From positions 1 to 39,558 of the forward strand of contig JAILAS010000147.1 of the NCBI GenBank assembly GCA_024681495.1: a stretch of DNA of 39,558 nt. Reading direction: 5' to 3'. Shown here piece by piece: positions 27,654 to 35,973 of the stretch. Both the position numbers and the translations under genes were made by a program. The notes under the pieces are model-generated. The model made no database searches. It saw only the letters and a list, made by a program, of their open reading frames with translations, and was not told the origin of the DNA. Source of the DNA: Eubacterium sp. Its GTDB lineage: Bacteria > Bacillota > Clostridia > Lachnospirales > Lachnospiraceae. The first letter of the stretch is position 1. Every line of letters starts with the position of its first letter.

Positions 27654-28247
27654 TCAATTCCTGTACACATTCTCTTCGGTAACAATTATATCAATGGGAG
27701 CGTCGCTGTTCTTTACCGGAAAAGCGTCCTCCATTTGAAACTCATATGCCACGCCCACGGTCACAATCATGGGGTGCGCGTCGAGATACCTGTCGTAATA
27801 GCCCTTCCCGAAGCCAATGCGAAAGCCCTCGCGGGAAAAAACCACCCCGGGAACAATCATAATCCCCAGGGAACCGTCATAAATCTCCGCGGTATCGGGC
27901 TCCGGCACTCCAAACGGCCCGGGCGAAAGTCCGGTATCCTCACTGTATTGATAAAAAGCCATATCATCCCCGGAGGTCTTCGGCAGGTACACTCTCTTAC
28001 CGCGCTCCAGCGCGCGGAGATTAACCGGCATTATGTCAACCTCATTCCTGATGGGACAATATGAATAAAGGACGTTTTCGGCAGCGAACTCCGGGAGACC
28101 CATAACGGCCTGTGAAACGGCCCGGGAAAGCTCCCTGACCCGCTCTTCGGCAAGCGCGCCCCGTGCCTCGAGCTTAGAAGCCCTGAGGTCCTTCTGAACT
28201 CCCGATGTTTCTTTTAAGAAATCGCCGCCTCTTCGTCCTTTAAGCAT
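27654..28247 (-). CDS. 5-formyltetrahydrofolate cyclo-ligase
   Basis: ~195 aa with the characteristic GFGKGYYDRYL motif near the C-terminus. Confidence 0.85.
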   Translation of the reverse strand: MLKGRRGGDFLKETSGVQKDLRASKLEARGALAEERVRELSRAVSQAVMGLPEFAAENVLYSYCPIRNEVDIMPVNLRALERGKRVYLPKTSGDDMAFYQYSEDTGLSPGPFGVPEPDTAEIYDGSLGIMIVPGVVFSREGFRIGFGKGYYDRYLDAHPMIVTVGVAYEFQMEDAFPVKNSDAPIDIIVTEENVYRN

Positions 28248-28249
28248 GC

Positions 28250-29164
28250 TTAAATACCCACTTTTCTAATCATGGAAGGATCTTCTATCTTGCCCTCCAT
28301 GGTCTGCCTGATGTAGTCGTTCTCATCGAAACCGGAGTCCGGTGCCGATGCGAACACGGTACCGATGGCATCACCCCTGATAATCTTCTCGATTATGGAG
28401 AAGTCGTTACCGGACGCAATGACCATATCCGCCCCCGCGCTGAGCGCAATCCTGGCAGCCGAAAGCTTGGTCTTCATGCCGCCCGTTCCGACGTCGCTCG
28501 TCGAGGTATCCTTACCGACCTCCATGATATCGTCGCTGAGGTTGTCAACGAAAGTTATCATCTTCGCATCGGGATTGGAATTGGGATCGTCCGTGTATAC
28601 GCCGTCGATATCCGAAAGCAATATCAACAGGTCAGCCTTGGTCAGCGATGCGACCAGAGCCGACAGCGAGTCGTTATCTCCGAACATAATCTCGTATGTG
28701 GAGATGGTGTCGTTCTCGTTGACGATGGGCACTATCCCCATCCTGAACATCTCCTCGAACGTGTTGAACGCGTTCTCCCTGGAGGCGGAATTCAGTATGG
28801 TGTACTTCGTCATGAGAATCTGGCCCGCGGCCTGATCGTACTCGGAAAAAAGCCTCTGATAGGCCATCATAAGCTTAGCCTGTCCCACGGAGGCACAGGC
28901 TTGCATCTTACATACCGTATCGGGTTTCTCCGTCATGTTTATGGCATGACGACCCACGGCAATAGCGCCGGAGGAAACCAGGCACACATCCTTACCCTCA
29001 TTTCTGATATCGGTAAGGATGCGCACCAGCTTCTCCGCCTTGGTGAGGTTCAAGGCTCCCGTGTGCGAGTGCACCAGGGAGGATGAACCCACCTTGATAA
29101 TGATTCGTTTTTTGTCTTTGAACGATGCCCTTACGGACATCTCCTTTGAAGTAATTTCTGACAT
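28250..29164 (-). CDS. proB: glutamate 5-kinase (short form, no obvious PUA domain)
   Basis: Motifs KVGSSSL, VSSGAIAVG and FGDNDSLSALVA of the amino-acid kinase family. Confidence 0.9.
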   Translation of the reverse strand: MSEITSKEMSVRASFKDKKRIIIKVGSSSLVHSHTGALNLTKAEKLVRILTDIRNEGKDVCLVSSGAIAVGRHAINMTEKPDTVCKMQACASVGQAKLMMAYQRLFSEYDQAAGQILMTKYTILNSASRENAFNTFEEMFRMGIVPIVNENDTISTYEIMFGDNDSLSALVASLTKADLLILLSDIDGVYTDDPNSNPDAKMITFVDNLSDDIMEVGKDTSTSDVGTGGMKTKLSAARIALSAGADMVIASGNDFSIIEKIIRGDAIGTVFASAPDSGFDENDYIRQTMEGKIEDPSMIRKVGI

Positions 29165-29171
29165 TTCTCTC

Positions 29172-30002
29172 TTATGCGCCCACGGCCTTTTTAACGGGTC
29201 TGGGTACTTCGGTCTTAGTAATTATTCCTCTCGGACAAACCTTGGCACACATGCCGCAGTTCTTGCACTTCTCGTAGTCAATCTTGGCCACGTTGCCCTC
29301 GACATGGATGGCGTCGAACTTGCATTCCTTCTCGCACTTCTTGCAGCCAATGCAGCCTACGTCGCAGGCACCCATGACGTCCTTGCCCTTGTCCGAGGAT
29401 ACGCAGGTAACGGTCCACTTCTGCTTATAGGGAACCAGGTCGATGATGTGACGGGGACAGGCGTCCACGCACTTGCCGCAGGCCTTGCATGCCTCGTGAT
29501 CCACATGCGCGATGCCGTTTACGATATGAATGGCATCGAAGGGACAGGCCTTAACGCAGTTTCCGAATCCAAGGCATCCATAGGAGCAGGTCTTCGGGCC
29601 GCCGCCCGGAACATTAGCCACCATGGCGCAGTCGTGAATGCCGTGGTACTCATATTTATCTTTTGCTTTCTCACAGTTGCCGGCGCAATTAACGAACGCC
29701 ACTTTCTTTTCGGCCGCATCGGCGCTGACTCCCATTATTCCGGAGATAATCTCCGCAACGGGCTCTCCACCGACGGGACACTGGTTTACGGGCGCTTCGC
29801 CCTTCGCAATGGCGGCAGCCAGACCGGAACATCCGGGGAAGCCGCAGCCTCCGCAGTTGTTTCCCGGAAGGGCCTCCAATACGGCCTCTTCCTTGGGATC
29901 TACCTCTACCTCGAACTTCTTCGAAGCAAAGCTCAGGAACAGTCCAATGACACAGCCACACCCCGCAACAACAACTGTGGATATTATAACTATAGTCGTC
30001 AT
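29172..30002 (-). CDS. rnfB: Rnf electron transport complex subunit B
   Basis: N-terminal TM helix, a CGGCGFPGC cluster, and several CxxCxxCxxxCP ferredoxin motifs. Confidence 0.9.
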   Translation of the reverse strand: MTTIVIISTVVVAGCGCVIGLFLSFASKKFEVEVDPKEEAVLEALPGNNCGGCGFPGCSGLAAAIAKGEAPVNQCPVGGEPVAEIISGIMGVSADAAEKKVAFVNCAGNCEKAKDKYEYHGIHDCAMVANVPGGGPKTCSYGCLGFGNCVKACPFDAIHIVNGIAHVDHEACKACGKCVDACPRHIIDLVPYKQKWTVTCVSSDKGKDVMGACDVGCIGCKKCEKECKFDAIHVEGNVAKIDYEKCKNCGMCAKVCPRGIITKTEVPRPVKKAVGA

Positions 30003-30053
30003 ATTATATATCCTTTCCGCCGAAGTGATAATCCCCCTCCGGCTATCAATGTG

Positions 30054-30629
30054 TCAAATAACCCCGGAGAATCCAAAGAAGGCGATGGACATGAGTCCCG
30101 CGGTAACGAGGACTATGGCCGTGCCCTGGAAGGGCCTGGGTATATCATTGTATTCCATCTTCTCACGAAGTCCCGCCATGATGACGAGTGCGATGAAGAA
30201 TCCTACTGCGGTCGCGAGTCCGTTTACAACGCTGGTGAGGATACCGTATCCGTTCTGGACGTTGGTGAGCGCCACACCGAGCACTGCACAGTTCGTGGTT
30301 ATAAGAGGAAGGAAAATGCCCAGCGAGTTATACAGGGGCGGAACCATCTTCTTAAGGAACATCTCAACGAACTGCACGAGGCAGGCGATTACAAGTATGA
30401 ACACAATGGTCTGCAGGTATGTAATTTCCAAAGGAACCAGTATAAACTGATTGATTACGGCTGCCACGAAGGAAGCGATGGCGATAACGAAGGTAACCGC
30501 TGCACCCATTCCGGTGGCAGTGTCCATCTTCTTGGAAACACCAAGGAAGGGACAGATTCCCAAAAACTGGCTCAAAACCACGTTGTTTACTATGGCAGAG
30601 CCGATAGCAATAACCAGTAATTCTTGCAT
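30054..30629 (-). CDS. rnfA: Rnf electron transport complex subunit A
   Basis: NNVVLSQFLGICPFLGVS motif, ~190 aa, six hydrophobic segments. Confidence 0.9.
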   Translation of the reverse strand: MQELLVIAIGSAIVNNVVLSQFLGICPFLGVSKKMDTATGMGAAVTFVIAIASFVAAVINQFILVPLEITYLQTIVFILVIACLVQFVEMFLKKMVPPLYNSLGIFLPLITTNCAVLGVALTNVQNGYGILTSVVNGLATAVGFFIALVIMAGLREKMEYNDIPRPFQGTAIVLVTAGLMSIAFFGFSGVI

Positions 30630-30630
30630 A

Positions 30631-31452
30631 TTACTCTACCCCCTTTCCATCTTCTTCGGCAGGCTTGGCCTCTGCCTCGGGCTTGGATTCTGCCTCGGGC
30701 TTGGTCTGTGTGGCCTCAGTCTTAGGTGCAGGCTTGACAACGGGCTTTACGGGCTCAGACTTCTCTGCGGCCTTGCCCTTGCAGGACTCCTGCATGAGGC
30801 ATCCCTCGCAGCCAATCTCCACCAGCTCAACCTCTGCGGCAGAAATCTTGCCCTTATCTGCCTTGCGGATGAAATAGTAGTTCCTTACAGCCACTATAAC
30901 CGCCAGCACGAAAAACGCACCGGGAGCGAGGATGAAGATAGTTATGGGTGTGAATGCTTCACCAAACAGATTGTATCCGAGAAGGCTTCCGTTACCGAGA
31001 AGCTCTCTTATAGCTCCGATAATGGAAAGCGAAATCGTAAATCCAATACCCATTCCGAATCCGTCGAACATCGACAGACCGATGGTGTTCTTGGAGGCGT
31101 ATGCCTCTGCACGGCCGAGGATAATACAGTTAACCACGATAAGGGGAATGTATATACCCAGGGACTCGTAGAGCGAAGGAAGGAAGCCCTGCATGAGGAG
31201 CTGCACCATGGTAACGAACGATGCAACGACCACTATGAAGGCGGGCACCCTGACCTTGTCGGGGATGATCTTACGCAGCGCGGAGATCATTATGTTGGAA
31301 AGAACCAAAACCACTGTGGTGGAAAGTCCCATGCCGACGCCGTTGATTACGGATGTGGTTACGGCAAGTGTGGGACACATTCCGAGGAACTGCACCATGG
31401 TGGGGTTTTCCTTAACGATACCGTTATACAGTCTTTCTACATATTTATTCAT
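30631..31452 (-). CDS. rnfE: Rnf electron transport complex subunit E, with a ~75-aa C-terminal extension
   Basis: ENPTMVQFLGMCPTLAVT and VVNCIILGRAEA motifs of RnfE/NqrD type. The membrane core ends near residue 196. The tail then carries GCEGCLMQESC and KPEAE repeats. Confidence 0.9.
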   Translation of the reverse strand: MNKYVERLYNGIVKENPTMVQFLGMCPTLAVTTSVINGVGMGLSTTVVLVLSNIMISALRKIIPDKVRVPAFIVVVASFVTMVQLLMQGFLPSLYESLGIYIPLIVVNCIILGRAEAYASKNTIGLSMFDGFGMGIGFTISLSIIGAIRELLGNGSLLGYNLFGEAFTPITIFILAPGAFFVLAVIVAVRNYYFIRKADKGKISAAEVELVEIGCEGCLMQESCKGKAAEKSEPVKPVVKPAPKTEATQTKPEAESKPEAEAKPAEEDGKGVE

Positions 31453-32066
31453 GATGCGCCACCTCCCAATACGTTATAGAAATATGTGAGGCAGGCATTG
31501 ACGCCGCTGGTAACCGCGGAGGACGTGATGGTCGCACCGCTTATGGCCTGGATCTCGTCGTCGGACTCCGTCTCGGTCTTTACGACGGTGAGCGCCTGAG
31601 TAATCCTGTCGACGAACTGGGAAGAGAAAGCCTCTTCCTTGGCCTTCTGGCCGAGTCCTGCGGTCTCGTTCAACGTGGTGAACGCGATTCCGCCGAGAGT
31701 TCCGTCGTTGGCTATGCCCACTGAGAAGGTAACGTCTCCGCCGTATCCGGCCGAATCGGTAACCGTAATGACATATCCGAGAGTCTCGCCGGAATCATCC
31801 TGGGCGAGCATAACGGACTCGATGGTATTCTGATCGGCGAGCCCCGCCTCCTCGAGTGCGGATGCGGCAGCCGAAGCGTCAAAGTCTGCGTATTCCTCAA
31901 AGGACGAAGCCGACGAGAACACTGCAGCGTAAGCCTCCTGCTGTGCCTGATACTCGGCAGCGGCTATAGGCTCCTTGGTAACGCCATAAACCAATCCCAA
32001 AAGAAGGCCGGCCACCAGAGTGATGGCGGTAAGTATCAATGCGTCTTTAATGAGCGATGATTTCAT
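31449..32066 (-). CDS. rnfG: Rnf electron transport complex subunit G (FMN-binding)
   Basis: N-terminal TM helix and the AISGATITS covalent-FMN motif. There is a 4-nt overlap with rnfE. Confidence 0.85.
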   Translation of the reverse strand: MKSSLIKDALILTAITLVAGLLLGLVYGVTKEPIAAAEYQAQQEAYAAVFSSASSFEEYADFDASAAASALEEAGLADQNTIESVMLAQDDSGETLGYVITVTDSAGYGGDVTFSVGIANDGTLGGIAFTTLNETAGLGQKAKEEAFSSQFVDRITQALTVVKTETESDDEIQAISGATITSSAVTSGVNACLTYFYNVLGGGAS

Positions 32067-33016
32067 TACGCTTCACCTCCTTTTTTCTTCTTCTCCTTAA
32101 CCACACCGAAGCCTCTGGGAATGGTGAATCGCTCGATGAGGGGTACCAGGATGTTGCAGAATATGATGGCATAGGACACTCCCTCAGCCATGCTGCCGAA
32201 GGTACGGAAGATTCCCGTCATGATTCCGAGGAGAATTCCGTAGATGTACTTGCCCTTAGAGGTGATGGGCGATGTCGCATAGTCGGTTGCCATGAAGAAA
32301 GCACCGAGCATGAGTCCGCCGCCGCAAAGCTGTCCGGTAATGTATGTGGCATCCAGACCGTGTCCGGAGAACAGGATGATGAATACTACAAACGAAAGTA
32401 AATACATTCCGGGGATCCTAAGGTCTATTACCCCCAGGAGGATGAGGAGCATCGCGCCGATAATGATGGCGATAGCCGATGTCTCACCAATGGTACCTGC
32501 GGTGGTACCCAGAAGCATCTTCATGGTATCGACTGACTCGCCGCTTCTCATGAGAGCCAGGGGCGTAGCCGTGGATACGCCGTCGTATGTGAAGTTACTC
32601 ATAGCGCTGGTGAACGAGATCAGCATGAAGCACCTGGCACCGAGAGCCGGGTTCATGAAGTTCTGTCCGAGTCCGCCGAAGAGCATCTTAACTACGATGA
32701 TAGCGAACACGCCACCGATGATAGGCATCCACCAGGGAAGAGAAACCGGGAAGTTAAGGGCTAAAAGAAGTCCCGTAACCACCGCGGAAAGGTCTCCTAC
32801 GGTCTGTTTCCTGTGCGTGATTTTATTGAATATGTACTCCGATGCCACACAGGTAGCAATGGTAATACAGATGAGCAAAAGCGCTCTGGGGCCGAAATTC
32901 CATATGCCCACGCAGGTGGTAGGCAAGAGGGCCAGAATAACATAGGCCATTATCCTACTCGTGGTATCCTTGGAGCGGACATGAGGATTCGACGATACGT
33001 TTATAAGTTCACTCAT
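32066..33016 (-). CDS. rnfD: Rnf electron transport complex subunit D
   Basis: A polytopic membrane protein with the FFMATDYATSP motif. TAATG gives a 1-nt overlap with rnfG. Confidence 0.9.
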   Translation of the reverse strand: MSELINVSSNPHVRSKDTTSRIMAYVILALLPTTCVGIWNFGPRALLLICITIATCVASEYIFNKITHRKQTVGDLSAVVTGLLLALNFPVSLPWWMPIIGGVFAIIVVKMLFGGLGQNFMNPALGARCFMLISFTSAMSNFTYDGVSTATPLALMRSGESVDTMKMLLGTTAGTIGETSAIAIIIGAMLLILLGVIDLRIPGMYLLSFVVFIILFSGHGLDATYITGQLCGGGLMLGAFFMATDYATSPITSKGKYIYGILLGIMTGIFRTFGSMAEGVSYAIIFCNILVPLIERFTIPRGFGVVKEKKKKGGEA

Positions 33017-33030
33017 AAATCTGTCCCCTC

Positions 33031-34350
33031 CTACTTCTTCTTACGGTTGGCAAGAACCTGCTTACGCATGGACTTCACTGCCAGTGCCAAGTGTCTCTTA
33101 GCGGGACAGACGAAGCTGCAGGAGCCGCACTCAACGCACTCGGCGCCGCCCCACTGCTCGAATATGTCTATCCTGCCCTGTTCCGAAAAGTCTGCCAGCC
33201 TGGAAGGTACGATTCTGGAGGGACAGACGTCCACACATCTGCCGCACCCAATGCAGGCCGTAGGCTCATACTTATATGCCTCGTCCTCAGAGAAGGCCAA
33301 AAGAGCCGAATTCGTCTTACCGACGGGAATATCCAATGTGAAGTTAGCGAATCCCATCATGGGTCCGCCGTATATAAGCTTAGCGGGCTTAACGGTAAAT
33401 CCGCCGGCCTCTTCTACCACGTCACGGAAGCACGTGCCCGTGGGAACCAGGAAGTTCCTGGGGTCCTTAACGGCCTCGCCGGTGATGGTAACCACCCTGC
33501 TGATGATGGGCTTACCCTCGACCACCGCATCGTATACGGCGCAGATGGTAGCCACGTTGTCCACGATGCATCCTGCGTCCGCGGGAAGCATGGAGGAATT
33601 GATCTTACGTCCCGTAACGGCGTAGATCATGTTGCGCTCAGCGCCCTGAGGATACTTGGTCATGAGGGGCTGAACCATGATATTGGGCTCACCGGCCGTA
33701 AGCTCACTGAGCTTGGCGATGCAATCCTTCTTATTATCCTCGATTCCGAACACGCCCTTGGCGCCGTCGAAAAGCGAAAGGATAATCTTCATGCCCTCGA
33801 TGAGCTTCTCGCTCATGTCCAGCATCATCCTGTAATCACTGGTAAGATAGGGCTCACACTCCGCGCAGTTGGCTATTATATAGTCGATCTTTTCAGGCGC
33901 CGCAGGTGAAAGCTTCACGTGAGTGGGGAATCCCGCTCCTCCGAGTCCGACGACTCCCGCGTCCTGAATGCGCTTCCTGATCTCATCGGCCGTAAGAGAC
34001 GTGTAATCCTCACACCTCTCATACTCGACCTCGTCATAATTTCCATCATTCTCGATGATGATGGAATTCACAATACCTCCGGCAGCGACCCTTCTGGGCT
34101 CGATCTTCTTAACCTTACCGGATACGGAAGAATGGATTGGTGCCGATACGAATCCGCCTGCTTCGGCAATAACCTGGCCCTTTTTCACTTCGTCACCGAC
34201 TTTCACAACGGGATTGGCAGGTGCGCCAATGTGCTGTGACAGCGGGTAAACCATCTCTGATTTGGGCTGTACGGGAACTATCTCTTTGTCTTTGGACAGT
34301 TCCTTGCCGTCGTAGGGATGTACGCCACCGATAAATGTCTTTAATCCCAT
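33031..34350 (-). CDS. rnfC: Rnf electron transport complex subunit C
   Basis: GLGGAGFPTHVK nucleotide-binding motif and two 4Fe-4S motifs, CIGCGRCVDVCP and CVECGSCSFVCP. Confidence 0.9.
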   Translation of the reverse strand: MGLKTFIGGVHPYDGKELSKDKEIVPVQPKSEMVYPLSQHIGAPANPVVKVGDEVKKGQVIAEAGGFVSAPIHSSVSGKVKKIEPRRVAAGGIVNSIIIENDGNYDEVEYERCEDYTSLTADEIRKRIQDAGVVGLGGAGFPTHVKLSPAAPEKIDYIIANCAECEPYLTSDYRMMLDMSEKLIEGMKIILSLFDGAKGVFGIEDNKKDCIAKLSELTAGEPNIMVQPLMTKYPQGAERNMIYAVTGRKINSSMLPADAGCIVDNVATICAVYDAVVEGKPIISRVVTITGEAVKDPRNFLVPTGTCFRDVVEEAGGFTVKPAKLIYGGPMMGFANFTLDIPVGKTNSALLAFSEDEAYKYEPTACIGCGRCVDVCPSRIVPSRLADFSEQGRIDIFEQWGGAECVECGSCSFVCPAKRHLALAVKSMRKQVLANRKKK

Positions 34351-34515
34351 AGTACCTTCCCCTTCTTTAAAAATTTCTCGATGTATATATCAAAGCAACA
34401 TCTTGTATATTTTAGCACAAAGTATCAGATTTTTACATACTTACATTGAAATCAGTACCCCAAAGCTTTATCATAAAAGGGTGATTTTTAACTATTGTTT
34501 TTAATATAAAACAAT

Positions 34516-34544
34516 ATGACGATTTGCACCCCATTTGGTACAAT
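34516..34544 (+). promoter_or_regulatory. extended -10 promoter for the flavodoxin-ferredoxin gene
   Basis: ATGACG-N17-(TGG)TACAAT, about 45 nt upstream of the ATG at 34590. Confidence 0.4.
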
Positions 34545-34589
34545 CCAATCACGCTTTTCAAAAATTATGTCAACGCATCGGAGAACAAT

Positions 34590-35504
34590 ATGAAACCCAC
34601 CACGATATACGCCATATACTTCAGTCCCTGCGACACCACAGGGCGCCTCACCCGCTTCACGGCATCCATAATGGGAAACGCCCTGGGCGCTCCCGTAACC
34701 ACCATAGACTTCACGCTTCCGTCGGACCGCGAGTCGGCTCACATCTTCGATAAGGACGACATAGTCGTCTTCGGCATGCCCACCTACGCGGGACGCCTCC
34801 CGAACAAGGCGCTGCCGTTCCTCGACCTTTTCAGTGGTAAGGACACACCGGCCGTGGCCCTCGTGACATACGGAAACCGCAGCTTCGACTCCTCGCTCTC
34901 CGAGCTCAACACGGAGCTTAACAGCAGGGGATTCCGGACGCTGGCGGCCGCCGCCTTCGTATCCCGCCACGTATTCACCAAGCGGCTCGCTCCCAGCAGG
35001 CCCGCCGCCGAGGACTACGACGAGGCGGAAGCCTTCGCCCGGAAGGCAGCGGATATTATTGCCGAAAAAGCTCAGGAGGACCGGATTGACGGCGAATGCT
35101 CTGATGGTGTGTCGGGCGGAACGATTGCCGGAAACGCGGAAGGTGTTATGTCAACCGCAAACTTGGGCCTGCTCCCCGGGCTTCCGGCTGTCGAGCCCTA
35201 CTACACCCCGCTCAGGGAAGACGGCGCTCCCGCCAGGTTCCTCAAGGCAAAGCCGGTCACTGACGCGGACGCCTGCGACGGTTGCGGGCTATGCGCACGG
35301 GTCTGTCCCTTCGGTTCCATAGACCCGGAGGAACCGTCCAGCGTCCCCGGCATTTGCGTGAAATGCCAGGCCTGTGTTATAAAATGTCCGAAGGGCGCCA
35401 AGAGCTTCGACGATGCGGACTTCATTTCGCACGTCAGGATGCTCGAAGAAAACCACAGCCACCCGAACGTAAACAGAACTTTTTTTATTGAAAACAATGC
35501 CTAA
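34590..35504 (+). CDS. flavodoxin-like domain fused to a 2x[4Fe-4S] ferredoxin domain
   Basis: The start was set to the ATG at 34590 (MKPTTIYAIYFSPCDTTG), 5 nt after GGAGA. The N-terminal half is flavodoxin-like. The C-terminal half carries CDGCGLCARVCP and CVKCQACVIKCP. Confidence 0.8.
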   Translation: MKPTTIYAIYFSPCDTTGRLTRFTASIMGNALGAPVTTIDFTLPSDRESAHIFDKDDIVVFGMPTYAGRLPNKALPFLDLFSGKDTPAVALVTYGNRSFDSSLSELNTELNSRGFRTLAAAAFVSRHVFTKRLAPSRPAAEDYDEAEAFARKAADIIAEKAQEDRIDGECSDGVSGGTIAGNAEGVMSTANLGLLPGLPAVEPYYTPLREDGAPARFLKAKPVTDADACDGCGLCARVCPFGSIDPEEPSSVPGICVKCQACVIKCPKGAKSFDDADFISHVRMLEENHSHPNVNRTFFIENNA

Positions 35505-35973
35505 AGATATTCAGAAAGAAAACGACTACACGTACTACAAGGTACTGGAGCTTAGCTCTCCCCCCGACCGCACGCTGGCCACGCTGAAGGGCACCGTATT
35601 CCTCTACGCGAGGGAGGACCGGGCCCTGCTTCGAATTGCGCTCTACGAAGGGTGCCTGAAGCATTTCTACCCCGATCCGGAGAACTATTTCTACTTCCCG
35701 GCCGAGGACTGCGCCTACCACAAGGACGTGGCTCAGTTCGCGGCGAAGTCGCACAGGAAGAAGGCGACGGCATCGACGGCTTACACCAAAAAGGAGGGGC
35801 TCTACCTGCCGGTGCCCGATGACTACGGTACCACCGAAGACACGCCCCTCTTCTACGAGGACAGATACAAAAAACAGGCCTACACCCTCACGGACGGATC
35901 CATGGAAGAGATACAGGCCTGCTTCGATATTTGGATTTCTACGTTAAGTCAACGCGGAGTATTGTCCCTTTAG
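35497..35973 (+). CDS. hypothetical protein (~158 aa), no family recognised
   Basis: An ATG at 35497 overlaps the stop of the upstream gene (ATGCCTAA). The alternative start is a TTG at 35488. The product is rich in Tyr, Asp and Pro. I can name no motif. Confidence 0.45.
   Translation: MPKDIQKENDYTYYKVLELSSPPDRTLATLKGTVFLYAREDRALLRIALYEGCLKHFYPDPENYFYFPAEDCAYHKDVAQFAAKSHRKKATASTAYTKKEGLYLPVPDDYGTTEDTPLFYEDRYKKQAYTLTDGSMEEIQACFDIWISTLSQRGVLSL

Noticed and set aside
29019-30620. Very long antisense ORFs. The main one is 533 aa here. Others are at 21003-22658 (551 aa), 6171-7193, 14053-15114, 17792-18742, 30451-31479 and 12490-13209.
   Set aside because: Each lies exactly antisense to a confidently identified conserved gene (proB/rnfB/rnfA, U32, rimO, yloV, PBP, rnfE, recG). 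Their translations are low-complexity (Arg/Gly/Leu/His-rich) with no motifs and no RBS. Stop-poor antisense frames are expected with this codon usage.
30671-30704. An 18-nt tandem DNA repeat (TCTGCCTCGGGCTTGG twice, period 18).
   Set aside because: It lies inside the rnfE ORF and simply encodes the KPEAE(S/A) peptide repeat of the C-terminal tail. It is not a CRISPR array or a regulatory repeat.
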